This document shows, in pieces, positions 49,001 through 60,431 of a DNA stretch of 64,000 nucleotides; within the stretch, counting starts at the first letter, position 1; each line of letters begins with the position of its first letter. The notes under the pieces were generated by a model. The model did not search any database. It had not been told where the DNA came from and was given only the letters and a program-made list of their open reading frames with translations. Both the position numbers and the translations under genes were made by a program. The stretch comes from Lama guanicoe (Eukaryota). Location of the stretch: assembly GCA_013239625.1 (NCBI GenBank), contig MU053934.1, forward strand, positions 3,304,399 to 3,368,398, given 5' to 3'.

Positions 49001-52000
49001 CTACCGAGCAGGTGCCCAGCAGATCCAGAGAGAGAGGCCTGAGCCCCAATAATGAGTGCCCACCTTCCCAGCTGGGCGGCTGGGACGACTGACTTCACCT
49101 CACTGGGCCTCAGCTGCCTAATCTTAAAACGGGGCTAACAACCCCGTCCCAGCCAGCCTCGGCCTCCCCATCTAAACTCTGGTCTGCCTCCTTACTCTGC
49201 TCTGCTTCTTCCACAGCCCTTATCACCTTGTTACATGAACGAACGGACTGAGGATTACGTGTATGGCGCCCTGTTTGTCTCCCCAGCTAGAATTTGCCCT
49301 CCACAGGAGCAGGTCCTCTGTTTCGTTCACTGAGATGTATCTCAATAAATATCTGAGGACAACTGCGTGCACAGTTCTTGGCACAGGAACCGGGCACACA
49401 GCAGATGCTGGGGGAAGGCTGGCTAAAGTGGTGATGCCCACCACCCTCCCCTCCCCAGGAGCCTCCCCAGGCTGTTAGCGAGAAGGTGGTGGGGAGGGGA
49501 GCACGTGGACACCACCTTGTCCCGCAGCTCCTCGGCCCACTGCAGCTCCCCCTGCACGGCATGCAGCTTCTGGCACAGCTCCTGCCTGCTGTCCTGCGCC
49601 TCCCGCCAGTCATGCTCCAGGATGTCCAGCAGGATCCGCTCAGAGCCTGGGGCTCCAGGCCGGCTCGCCTCCTGGGGGTTCAGAGTTCAGGGCTGCCTCA
49701 GCCTCTGGCTCAGGGCCCACCTTGAGTGTGGGAGTAAGGAGGACACAAGGCCCTCGGCCCCACCCCCACTAGCTCTGCCATCTTGTCCCAGGACCTTGAC
49801 CTCTCTGGACCTCGCTTCCCTTATGTGAGTAGGTGTGGCCCCATCAGCCCTGCCCACCCTCCAGGGAGCATCTGAGGTACAAATGAGGTAAGTGGATGAG
49901 GGCGTGCTCAGACAAGCTGGACCGGGAACTTATTCCTCAGCAAGAACCAGGCCTGTTCTCTCTTGCTCTGGCCCCAACCCGTCGCCCAGGACAGCAGATG
50001 GGGGCCATTTCCAAGGCCTATTCCTCCGGCCCCAACAAGGGGTCTTCACAGGGGCTGAGCCTGGCCCAGGCAAGTAGACCATGAGCCCAAGGTCCAGCCC
50101 TCAGACCCATGCCCCAGCCAGGCTCCCCCAATCCCATGAAGTACATTAGGGCCCCGGCTCCCTCTCCCACTTTCTGTGTGGAACAATGGCCAGGTGGCAG
50201 GCCCACATTGCCGATGACCTGGCACTGACCTGCCACGGGACACCGAGCAAGCCCCAGCGCCACCCAGACCTCAGGGGTCTCAACCTTTCCGGGGTCAGAC
50301 TCCTCTACAAATCTAAGGAAAGCTGGGGCCTTCTCCCCAGAAAAATGCTCACATACAGTTTCACGGAGTTCAGAGGCCTCCTGGGGCCACCCACAGACCC
50401 CAGACTGAGCCCAGGGTGAACCCAGCACTGAGGGCCCTCCGTTCAGAGCTTAAGACAAGAGGGCAGCCAGGATTCCACCCAGATCTCAGATCCCAGGATC
50501 TAGAATCCTCTTTCTCCAGGCCTCAGCGGGAAGAGTGAGCAGCAGGAGGGTCTGATGTCCCGTGCCCCCTGTCCCGCCCCGCCCCATACCTGCTGCAGGC
50601 CCTCCTGTAGCTCCTGCAGCGACGCCACCAGCCGCTGGTTCTCGGCGCGCAGCTCGGAGACCAGGTCCGCGCTGTCGGGCTCCTTCTCCTTCTCCTCGGC
50701 CCCGGGGAGTGGCCCTCTGGCCCTTCGCAGCAGCGTGCACTCTTCCTCCAGCCGGCTCACTTTGAGCTTGAGCTGATCCACCTGGGGCCCAGGACAGGAG
50801 TCAGGCCAGGGAGGGACCACCAGCCAGGCCAAAAGTCAGAGGTCCCGCTCCCTCACTCCTGGGTGCCTTCCCAACTCCCAGAGGGGCCTGAGCTGGAGTC
50901 CTCCCCGGACATGTCTATGAAGAAGGGACAGGCTGGAAAAATACAACGAGGAAGGAAGGGAGGCAGCAAGGCCAGCCACCCTCCCAGGAGAGTCTGCCTC
51001 GAGGACTTGTGGGTGCATCACAATGCGCGCATCTGTCCCGCAGTTCCAACACTGGGCACAGGCAGCTGAGCACGGCACCAGCGTGACGGAGAAGGAGGGC
51101 TGCACCAAGAACAGGAGGACCCAGGGGTTGGGCCCCGCTCTGCCCCTAACTCAGTGTGGCCTTGAGCAGTCATGGCCCCCCTCTGTGCCACCATTTCCTT
51201 ATCTCCCCGGGGGGAGAAGGAGGAGGATGGTTTTGAGGGTCTCACCCAGCCCAAGAGCCAGGATGTCCCCCTCTCACCCAGCCCCCCTACTCAACATACA
51301 TTCAGGGAACAGATGTGAGTGTGACCTGCCCTTAAAGATCCTCCCACCAGAGCTTCCACTCAGGAAGACTGTACTATAGGTTCATCCCCAAAAAGAATTC
51401 CAAGTCCAGGGTCCAGGTTTCAACGGCACCACTCTACCCTCTGCCATCCTAAGCAAGTCACCTACTCCTCTGGGCCTCAGTTTCCCCATCGGTAAAATGG
51501 GCCCATTCAATCCCCTGCTCCACCATCTGCCTCCCAAAGTCATTGCAAGAATCAAACAAGACAGCAGGTGGGCAGAGGCCTTTAAATTGTCAGAGGCTGG
51601 CTGTAAAGCTGCTGGGGGTGTGACAGTGGCCGTCTTTACAGCTTTAAATAAAATCCTACAACCCCAGCCTGTCACCAGCTCAGCGTGGGCAGCCAGAAGC
51701 TGGCCAGGGGTGCTGAGTAGGCGGCTGAGTGGTAGCCGCCGGGCAGATAGCAGACATGCATGGCCAGTTTGCTGGATTATGAATGCAATCGGCCAGAGTG
51801 ATTTTCCAAATGCATGTAGGGTCTGAGGTGGCTAGACAGTGACAAGAGTGGCAGCAGGTGGCAAGCCACAAAATGAAGTCATTGCTGGAAAAGAGGCACA
51901 ATGGCCTCTGGGGCTACACTCAGGCGTGCCAATGTCTGGTGCCCTGGGAGTGCCCTGGCCTCGCTTGGAAAGGCCTTGCAGCACCCCCGCCAGGGCCTGG

Positions 52001-55000
52001 CATGGCAACACACACACACACACACACATACACACACACACGCAAGGGTCTGGAAGCTGGGTCAGGCAGTTCCATGAATTAACAGTGCGCTCCTCCTCCG
52101 CAAAGGACTCAGAAAGAAATTCATGACTCTCACATTCCTTTCCCCTCACAACACACGCTTTGTGAACCGCCAGAGAAAGACAGCTAGCTACAAGGGCAAG
52201 CATGGTCACACCCTCTCCAGCAAACCGCAGCCACACACCACGGCCTCCCACCTGACCCGCGGCCAGCAGGCTCCCCGGATGAGCTCAGGGGACAGGGCAC
52301 CCGGAGTCTTCACCGAACGCCAGGAAACACAGATGTATTTAATCCCGGTGTACAAACTCACTTAGCACAAAATTACAGCGTTCGTTCCCTTAAGTTTATG
52401 TTGCTTAGAAATAACAGCTCATTAAATTTGCACCTTATAAAACACAGTATTAAATCACAGCCACTACACACCTGTCCATGGGTGGGGGGTGAGGGGAGGG
52501 AACCCAAGCTGCCAAGAAAAGCAGGATCAGCTGCTCTGCTCATTTCCATCTGCAAAGCCTTTGTAAATTTTGTGGCAGAAAAGCTCCAATAAGTTAAAGC
52601 ACATTTACAGTAGCTACATTTAAAATCTTATCTATTAATTGAATTTCACCCCTTACCCTCTACCCACTAAACTGGGGGAAAGCAGTCATTATCATCCTAC
52701 TGGCAAATTTCTGCACCTCTAGGTGGCCACACTATGTGCACCTGCAACTGATCCACAGACACACAGAGGAACCTCTTCTTCATCCTCCTACCCCATCCCA
52801 GGAGACCCCCAGGTGGTTGGACACACACACACACAGGACATCCCCCTAGTCATATGCACACATCAGCCACTTCAGGGGCCTAACTCACAATCACACCCAA
52901 CCCAAAGGTGAGACAAACCGTGCCGACCACAGCCCCTCCCAACACCCGGGAGCCGACAGCCAGCATGCTATCTTCTCCGAGCAGGCTCACCCTGCCTGCC
53001 ACCCACCCCACTCCACCCCCAGCAGTGCCCAGAGCAAAGTCAGAAATTCTCAATCCTGGAACCCTGGGAAAGTGCTCCAACCAACCTCTCTGTGCCTCCG
53101 TTCCTTCATCATCAAATGGGGACAGTGCCCCCGCCAACCCCCCTCCCAACAGAGTTGCTGGAAAATTAAAGGAACTGGATGTCAAGCCTGGAGGACCATT
53201 CCTAGTTCACAGGAGATGATGTTTTGCTGTGATGTCATCTGCATCTGTGACTGCTTGCTTCGAGGAAGAGGAAACTGAGGCTCAAGTGGGCCTGGCAGCC
53301 TGGGCTCGTCAATCTGTGTCCTCAAAGTCCCCAGTCAGGACTCGTTTCCCCAGACGTCAACCCCTCCGCACACAGAGTCGAGAGCCCCATCACACCAGTG
53401 CCCCTGCACTTATAGCCTCACATGTGCCACCCATCATCCACAAGCACCTGTCACCCCCTGCAACAGCCACCACTGAGGTTCATGGGGTCAGGGGTTTCAC
53501 ATCCCACAGTCAGCATCCCCCTGTAGAACCTCGCACAGTATTGCTGGGCACAGCCTACTGTGAGCCACTGGCAATGATAAATCCTGCCCAGCACTAGCGC
53601 ATTAAATCTTCAGGACAAGTCCCTTTGGCCATAAAATACCAGCTTTATCCCCGTGCTAAGTCGCAACAAGAAACCAAGAAGGAGAGGCTCCGTTTCTCAG
53701 CCTGTAAGAGGCACAGCCTCACTCACTCATGGAGAGAACTGGGTGAGACTTCACCGGGACGGCAGTAAGCAGAACAGCAGCGTGGGGCAGAGGCCAGCGC
53801 TGGTGCCAGGAGACCTGGTTCAAATCCAGGTGTGCCATTTCCCACTTTGTGACCTTGAGTAGGTCTCTTTATAATCTAAGCCTGTGTCTGTATGTCAGTA
53901 TGAGAACCTGGTGCCTAGTGCCTTGGTGAGATTGCCTGACATGATGCACATAACCAGCATGGCACAGAGTGGCACTTAATAATAATAATATTCACTACAG
54001 CAGGTAAGATGATGCAAGTTTTGAGCACTGTGTACCAGCACCAACTGCCCCCGCACATGCGGACATTCTGGGCCAGGCCACTGACTGTGGAGCTGTCCTG
54101 TGCGCTTAGGGTTTTTAGCAGCATCCCTGGCCTCTACCCACTAGATGCCAACAGCACATTCCTGGTTGTAACCAACAAAAATATCTTCAGGCATGGCCAA
54201 TTGTTTCTGGGGAGCACAATCGCCCCCAGTTGAGAACCACAGTCATAACTTAATGAAATCAGTGCTATCAACATCCCCATGTTACAGATGAGAACACTGA
54301 GGCACAGGGCGGAGAAGGGATTTGCCCACGATCCAATAGCATGCAGCTGGTGGCTCTGGGACACCAGCTGGCTACCACATTACCGTCTTTTTTGAAAAGC
54401 TTCCCCTTCCCCACTGTCCCTGCCCATCTCCCCAGGGCCTACCGCCAGCTGCAAGTCCCGGCTGCGCAGCACGGCTGAGTTCTTCTCCTCACTGAGCTGT
54501 GCCAGGCGCATGGCAATCATGTAGTTCTCGTCCTTAAGCCGCAATAGCTCCAGGCTCCCCGCCTCCCAGTCCTCCCGCAGCCGCTGGCAGCGCTCTTGTG
54601 TCTGTTGCTGCTCCCGCAGCCGCTGCTCCAGCCCTGCCCGCTCCTCTTCTAGCATCCGGCCCCGGGCCTGCAGCTGCTGCTCCCGCTGCAGCTGGCTCTT
54701 ACGGGCTTCCCGCAGCCGCCGCACCTCTGTCATCAGGAACTGGGTCAGGCCCTCAGGCCCCTCCTCATCTGCCAGGGACAGGGGAGAGAAAAGTCAAATC
54801 AGGCAAATAAAATCCAGGAGGATAGCAGACTGCACAGAAAAATGCAAACCAGAAAAACACTAGCAGGAAATATTGGAGTCTAGTTTTATAATTTGGGGTA
54901 GAGAAGGCATTCCTAAACAAGGTACAAAATCCAAGAGCTATAGGAGATTTCTGCATGATGACAGATGTAACAAAGTTAAAACACAAGCAACAGAGTGGGA

Positions 55001-57679
55001 GAAAATATAACAAATATATCTAAGGACTCAGAGCCACTATATATAAAGAGCTCCTACAAATCAATAAGCATACAACCAAATAAAAATGTGGGCAAAAATT
55101 ATCAACAGGCAAATCCTAAAACAAAAATAGCTGGTTAACATGGGAAAATATGTTCCAACTCACTAGCAATAATAACAATAATAATTGTACCACTAACATT
55201 TGACTTTACTCTTTGGCTTAGATACACGTTAATTTATTTAATCTTCACAATAACACTTAAGGTAGAAACTATTTATTGTTCCCATTTTAAAGACAGAAAA
55301 ACTGAGGCACAGAAATGTCATTCACCCAGGGTTTACTAACTAGTAAGCTGTGAATATCTCTCAACAAAGTACAAACTTAAAACAACAACATATTATCTTA
55401 GACATATCTGACTACGAGAATGTTTTTAAATGATTCCCAGGATGGATGAGGGTCCTGCAAAATGGGCACTCAAACACTGCTGGAGGGATGTATGTTTAGT
55501 TAACATTTAAAATAAACATTCTCAGAGAAAAGAAATTGCTAATGTGCTAAATTAACCTTTGGAGATAAATTAGCAGCATGACTTATTTAGCCATTGCTGT
55601 CAGTCACCTTCAGACAGAGGGATGGGAAAATAAATTAATTAAATAATTAAACAAAATAAAATACACATTCTCTTTATGAAGTCTGACTTCTTGGAACCTC
55701 TCCTCCTGAGACACACATTTCCACAAAGACACACCTAGAAGGATGTTCCCAGCATTGTTTGTAATGTTGCAAACTATAAACAACCTAGACATCCATCAAT
55801 AGGGAACGGGTTAAATTACTTACGGCACATTACTAATGAAGCCTATGCAGTCATTTAAAACAAGCGTAATAGATGTGGAAAAATCACAAAAACCAGTTGT
55901 TCTGAGAAAACGCAAAATACGGAGCAAGATATGTAAGATGATCGTGTGTGTGTGTGTGTGTGTGTGTAAATGCAGAGCAAGGAGATTTGCCAAACTGTTA
56001 CCAGACAGACCAGAGCTGAAGGAAGAAGTAAACATCTTTCCTATGTATTCTAAAGTCTCCTGGAGTACTTCAATTTTTTACAGAAGAAACTGTAAACTGG
56101 TACATGCCTGACACACACGTCAGAGAACAATTTTAGGGGGAAAGAGCCACATTAAGAGTGTGGGCTCTGAACTCAGACTAACTGCGTTAGAATCCCAGCC
56201 CCACACTCGGCCTGCTAGGAGGCCTTGGGCAAACAGCTTCAGATCGCTCTGTGCCTCAGTTTCCCCATCTGTTCAGCAGGGATAATGGGAGTGCCTCCCT
56301 CACATGGACAGAGAAAGGAACCTCTGCACTGGTGTCCGAGGCACTGGCACCCACTGTGGACCCACTCACCAAGGATCATGGAGCAGCGCTGGGCAGGTTC
56401 TTGGCCCGTGAGGAGCGTGAAGTGCTCAGGGTAGTAGAACTCCAGGGCTTCCAGGAAGGCCTCATAGCCCCTCTTGCCACGGCAGCGCAAGATATCCATC
56501 AGGCGCCCTGAGGAGAGGCAAAGGGTGCCCAAGGGTCAAGATGAGGGCTTCCCCCAGTGCCTAGCCATTCTCTTCCCCTCCCCTCCCACACTCCAGGGCC
56601 CACGTTCCCCAGATTTTTAAATCAGTGACACACACAGGAGCCTGTCTCAACACATCATGGAGGAGAACCCGTCTGCCACAGCCAGGAGAGCCAGGACCCA
56701 CCCCCTCCATGGTACCCGTGTTTCAACAGCTCCCCAAGCCCCTGCCATCCCCCTGACAGCCCCTGCCTCCTCCCGACACACACACAGATACACGGCCAGC
56801 AAATGCAGCCTGCCTTTTCAATGGCAAGAAGCCCCCTCCACCTCTAAACACAAAGTAAAATATTTCTCTCCTTGGCCAATGCCTGAAATTCCACTAGACC
56901 CTCATCCCTCTGCCAGCTCTGGTTCAAAGGCACAACTTATGGGAGAAGGCACCCTCAATAATACTAAGATGGGTCTAGAGCACTTGAGGAAAAATAACTC
57001 TTAAGCAGTGAGTGGCACACAGAAGGCAAGGGGCAGAAAGAATTGAAAAGATGAAAGGATACAGGAAAGATGCCAAGTCCACCAGCTGTGACCAGGAGGT
57101 CCCAAGCCTATCTTGCCCTGGTAACCATAGACAACTCCCTGCTCTAAGGTGGGCCCAGGAAGTGGGAGAAAAACCCAAGACAGACAAAACCCAAACGCGG
57201 TGAGGGCACGGTGGACACGCTGGGTCGTAATGGTGGTTCAGGAGAACATAGAATGGTAGGCACAACAACTACCCCACTCTACGGATGTGGAGACCGAGGC
57301 CCCGGGAACCAGAGCTTTTGGCCTCGCGCTCCAGGACTCTGTGCGCGACGCTCAAGCACACGGCTGGCCCCGAAGAAGGCCCCAGGGAAGGCCCTGGGGC
57401 ACCGCCCGCTCAGGCCGGACCCCGCGCGCCCCCCCACGGCTCACCGGTGCGGTTGGCACGGCACGGGAAGCGGTAGGTGCTCAGCACCTCTTCCTCGTCC
57501 TGCTCGTCGATGACCCGGCATTGGCGCAGATACGGCGTGAGCTTGGCCGGGTTGAGGGCGCGCGTCAGCCGGTGCCGGACGCTCTCGATCCGCTCCCACA
57601 GCGCGTCCTCCTCCGCCTCGGACCCCGAGCCGGCCCCAGCCTCCTCCTCGGCCTCCCCCGCCTCAGCCCCTCCCGGCAT
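33807..57679 (-). CDS. CARD10: Caspase recruitment domain-containing protein 10 (CARMA3), spliced, 20 coding exons, 3081 nt = 1026 aa + stop
   Basis: join(complement): 57445-57679, 56370-56507, 54443-54768, 50590-50781, 49516-49671, 48802-48927, 47401-47592, 46242-46376, 45790-45905, 44894-44922, 44328-44451, 39152-39308, 38588-38699, 37870-38113, 37637-37706, 36472-36574, 35099-35257, 34895-35010, 34287-34399, 33807-34044. All GT-AG, phases consistent. Recognisable CARD ([35 protein letters not shown]), coiled coil, SH3 (PFYIRANL) and GUK-like C-terminus. Confidence 0.97.
34287..34399 (-). CDS. CARD10: CARD10 coding exon 19 (113 nt; acceptor uncertain by +/-3 nt), [38 protein letters not shown]
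   Basis: AG|GTGAG donor; acceptor is a tandem gag-aag-AAG. Confidence 0.92.
34895..35010 (-). CDS. CARD10: CARD10 coding exon 18 (116 nt), SLSGEEQC...[11 protein letters not shown]
   Basis: cttcag acceptor after an 88-nt intron, AAG|GTAGG donor. Confidence 0.94.
35099..35257 (-). CDS. CARD10: CARD10 coding exon 17 (159 nt), [38 protein letters not shown]...QVCPA
   Basis: cccag acceptor, G|GTGAG donor; start of GUK-like domain. Confidence 0.95.
36472..36574 (-). CDS. CARD10: CARD10 coding exon 16 (103 nt), [18 protein letters not shown]...LLEPCS
   Basis: cccag acceptor, G|GTGGG donor. Confidence 0.94.
37637..37706 (-). CDS. CARD10: CARD10 coding exon 15 (70 nt), [23 protein letters not shown]
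   Basis: ccacag acceptor, AAT|GTAAG donor. Confidence 0.94.
37870..38113 (-). CDS. CARD10: CARD10 coding exon 14 (244 nt), CQSFHEAL...PFYIRANL...GTVPNYQR (SH3)
   Basis: cccag acceptor, AG|GTGTC donor. Confidence 0.96.
38588..38699 (-). CDS. CARD10: CARD10 coding exon 13 (112 nt), [10 protein letters not shown]...FLMDFK
   Basis: tcccag acceptor, G|GTAAG donor. Confidence 0.92.
39152..39308 (-). CDS. CARD10: CARD10 coding exon 12 (157 nt), [21 protein letters not shown]...KVEPRE
   Basis: ctcag acceptor, GAG|GTGAG donor; degenerate PDZ region. Confidence 0.93.
40381..40398 (-). promoter_or_regulatory. CTCF-like motif (reverse orientation), CARD10 intron 11
   Basis: Reverse complement tgGCAGCAGGGGGCAGtg, one mismatch to the core consensus. 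Confidence 0.4.
44328..44451 (-). CDS. CARD10: CARD10 coding exon 11 (124 nt), [26 protein letters not shown]...DLLNR
   Basis: cccag acceptor, AG|GTATC donor. Confidence 0.93.
44894..44922 (-). CDS. CARD10: CARD10 coding exon 10, 29-nt microexon, (R)SFSSMSDIT(G)
   Basis: cccag acceptor, G|GTAAA donor; needed to join phase 2 (exon 9) to phase 1 (exon 11). Confidence 0.92.
45790..45905 (-). CDS. CARD10: CARD10 coding exon 9 (116 nt), [39 protein letters not shown]
   Basis: ttgcag acceptor, AG|GTAAA donor. Confidence 0.94.
46242..46376 (-). CDS. CARD10: CARD10 coding exon 8 (135 nt), [24 protein letters not shown]...EPHTS
   Basis: cccag acceptor, TCG|GTAAG donor; Ser-rich linker. Confidence 0.93.
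47401..47592 (-). CDS. CARD10: CARD10 coding exon 7 (192 nt), [27 protein letters not shown]...GPYLK
   Basis: gccag acceptor, AAG|GTGAG donor. Confidence 0.96.
47888..47990 (+). mobile_element. tRNA-Ala-derived SINE (Vic-1-like, short form)
   Basis: Intact A box TAGCTCAGTGG and B box GGTTCAATCC followed by an A-rich tail. Confidence 0.85.
48802..48927 (-). CDS. CARD10: CARD10 coding exon 6 (126 nt), [26 protein letters not shown]...KERDQ
   Basis: ccgcag acceptor, CAG|GTGAG donor. Confidence 0.96.
49516..49671 (-). CDS. CARD10: CARD10 coding exon 5 (156 nt), [22 protein letters not shown]...ELRDK
   Basis: cccag acceptor, AAG|GTGGT donor; translated by hand. Confidence 0.95.
50590..50781 (-). 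CDS. CARD10: CARD10 coding exon 4 (192 nt), [14 protein letters not shown]...EGLQQ
   Basis: cccag acceptor, CAG|GTATG donor. Confidence 0.95.
54040..54242 (+). mobile_element. MER20 (hAT-Charlie) in CARD10 intron 3
   Basis: tttagcagcatccctggcctctacccactagatgcca...gttgagaaccac. Confidence 0.8.
54443..54768 (-). CDS. CARD10: CARD10 coding exon 3 (326 nt), [19 protein letters not shown]...SRDLQLA
   Basis: ggcag acceptor, GCG|GTAGG donor; start of coiled coil. Confidence 0.96.
54860..56090 (+). mobile_element. Old L1 fragments interrupted by a MIR and a (GT)n tract, CARD10 intron 2
   Basis: atataaagagctcctacaaatcaataag; gggcaaaaattatcaacaggcaa; caacctagacatccatcaataggga. Confidence 0.7.
55944..55967. 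repeat. (GT)12 microsatellite
   Basis: Direct reading. Confidence 0.95.
56370..56507 (-). CDS. CARD10: CARD10 coding exon 2 (138 nt), [30 protein letters not shown]...
   Basis: ctcag acceptor, G|GTGAG donor; CARD C-terminal half. Confidence 0.96.
57445..57679 (-). CDS. CARD10: CARD10 coding exon 1 (235 nt), MPGGAEAGE...RANRT
   Basis: gctgccATG at 57679; CARD N-terminal half; donor G|GTGAG. Confidence 0.96.
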
Positions 57680-57847
57680 GGCAGCGTCCTGGGGATCTGC
57701 GGGCCAGCGGCGCACAGGGGTCAGCAAGGGCGCCGGGGACCGGGTGCGCGGGCTGATCCCAGCTCGGGGCGTCGCCCGCAGGACGGGCCGCCCGTCGCCG
57801 CCGGAGCCACCCGGCCCCACGCGCACCCGGCCCGCCCGGGGGGGGGG

Positions 57848-57867
57848 NNNNNNNNNNNNNNNNNNNN
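57848..57867. other. Assembly gap (20 N) inside a poly-G run
   Basis: Ns flanked by G homopolymers on both sides. Confidence 0.99.
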
Positions 57868-60431
57868 GGGGGGGCGGGGTCCGCGGCGCCCCCGGCCCCG
57901 CCCCCTGCCCCGCGGCCGCCGGGGCTGCCCGGACCGCCCCACATCGCCGCCCCGGTCCCTGCCGAGTGTCCGGCCGGCCAGCCACCCGCACGTCCGCCCG
58001 CAAGCCCGGCTCCCCGCCGTCCGGCCGCCGCGCGCCTCCCCCCGCCCCACGCTTCCTGTTTCCCGCCGGCTCTCCCGGCCCTGGCTCGGCGGGGTCCCGG
58101 CGGCCCGCCCACACCTGCCCGGCCTCGGGGCGGGGCGGAGCCCGACGGGACACGCTCGCTCACACCCTCCCGCTCGCCGCCACACACCTTCTCCCGCGCT
58201 CGGGGGGCACGCGGCCTCGGCTCCCCGGGCCCACTACGCGCCCGGCGCCCCGCCGGCCCACCGCTCGCACCTGGCGCCGACCTTGGCACGCAGCCTGCAC
58301 GGCGGCCACACGTCACATCAGCACGTGGCACACCCGGTCACACCAGCACACAGAATTGTATCATACACAGGGTCACCCCACACCACGCACACGTCACACT
58401 GTCGCACAGGTCACGCCAGCGCACAGTGTACTCTGAACTCAAAGGTCCCACACAACCTGGACGTCACACCAACCTTGTGCATACGCCACACACCACACAC
58501 CCAGTCACAGTCCTATCCGCTCCGTTTCTCAGGAAATGACCGTGAAGTGTGCGGCAGGGCTCCCACGCTTCCGAGAACTCTCACAGGTCTCTCCTTCAGA
58601 ATTCTCCCAGGTGCAGAGCACTTCCATGGCTCGGCTTAGCTGTGGGCCTACTGGGGCCCTCGGTGTGACAGCACTGTCCAGGAACACTGGATCCTGTTCC
58701 CAGCCAGGCCTCTGACCTTCTCCTGACCTGACCCCAGTGTCCCGAGATAGACCGCCAGCTCTGGCACCTTCACTCAAGCTAAAGGGCAGCCCCTGGGTGG
58801 GCACCAAAGGCAGAGGTTGTGGCTGCCTTCTCAGAGATGAGAGTCTGAACTCTCAGGGCATCACTCCCTGCTCCCCTCCTACATAAAGTCTCAACGGAGA
58901 ACATGGAGACCGGACCAGGAACCCCAAATTTCCCAAAGGGTGTTCCTCCAGCTGCTGGATCCAGAAATGCTTGGGAGTGGTTCTGTGGTCAAGTCAAGTA
59001 AGTTGGAGAAACACTGCGTCCATTCTCCACCCTTCCCCCTTAGGAAACTCGTGGGCACTTACCATGATAAAGTGCATACCCATATCTGCCGGCGCAGGCG
59101 ATGCCATCTCTCCATGCAGTAGAAACTGCCAGTGGGGCCCGCTGCAAGTGAGGAGTGGAGGGGCAGAGCTGGTACAGCAAAGAGGTGTGAGTTCCCTGAA
59201 CTCCTTCCATACTATCTGAATTAAATACCATGTACATTTGTGTTATTTATCCAAAGAAATAAAAGTTTTCAACAAATGAAGGCCCTGAAAAGCCCTGCAT
59301 AAAGAAACTGGTTTAACTTTATACATTCTAGTATCGTTTCTCAAACTTAATTAACCATTTTTGTTTGTTTGTTTTGCTTTGGAGATCACCTGTTTACATC
59401 AAGAAGAAACGCTTTGGAAGTCCTGAATTCTAGTGCAAAGTTCTCAATTCACAGAGGAGGAAGCAGAGGCCAAATAGGACACAGAATTTGCTCAAATTCA
59501 CACAGTGAGGAAGCAGTGGGACCAGGCCAGAGCCCAGCACCTGGCCCCTCTTTCTCCTCACCCAGGCTCTGTGCCCAGGCACGCACCAGGCCGCCCTCCC
59601 AACAGCCCCGGGTGCCCTCGGCCTCCTGTACTCCTCCGACCAGCAGCCCTGCTCATTGTGAATGTTTTTAACTTAGCCAGGAGAATGGGATAAAAGCCTT
59701 AGAAAATGCTTCTGTGGTTACTTTCTCATCAAGAAGCCTAAGCAGGGCCTGGAGCTAAGGCACAGAAATCAAGGACCCTGCAGACAAGTGGACAGAGCAG
59801 TAACAGGACACTGGTCTGAGCAGGGATAGGCTGGGTCCCCAACAATCCTGAGAAGCTGCAGTTCCCACGGGCACCATGCTCACACATTCACGTGCAGTTG
59901 CACACACAGACACACTCACACACGCTTGCCCTCAATGGACGTCCAGCCATTTGGGGGACAAATGGGGACACACTCGCCTCCCCCCAAAACAGCCTCCTCG
60001 TTCGTCTCCTGTCCCTAGGCGTCCACAGCACCAAGGAAGGAAGTGTGCAATTTAGCATCACCTCCACTAATGTCCTCTTATAGGTTCTGCTACATTTATC
60101 TCTCTGCCACCCACCAGGAAGGTGGGAACTGCAGCAGGAAGACAGGGGGTCTAGACCTCGCATCAGGGGCCCTGGATCTTATCCCAGGCTCACTGTTACG
60201 AGTCCTGTTCTTCTGAGCCTCAATTTCCTTGTCTGTAAAAGTCAGGTTATGAGTAATCCCAACCACACCTTGAGAGGAAGACTGTGTAGGAGCAGAGAAA
60301 GTGCCCTAGAGACCTACATTTGACCTTAGTTTAGTCTCCTGAGACAAATTCCTTCCTCTTTCAATTTCTACGTCTGTAAAATGGGCCTAATGGTCCCCCT
60401 AGGCAGGGACCATCTCTGCGCTACAATTCCT

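Larger units (their letters stand above)
57240..58420. promoter_or_regulatory. CpG island / CARD10 promoter and 5' leader
   Basis: Very high GC and CpG density around exon 1; GC boxes such as ccccgccccc at ~57896 and ggggcggggcgg at ~58127. Confidence 0.88.

Noticed and set aside
57287..58639. Long ORFs (450, 319, 247, 222 aa) over the CARD10 CpG island, including an apparent in-frame N-terminal extension
   Set aside because: Stop-poor GC-rich sequence with low-complexity P/R/G/A translations, and the frames run through an N gap of uncertain length.
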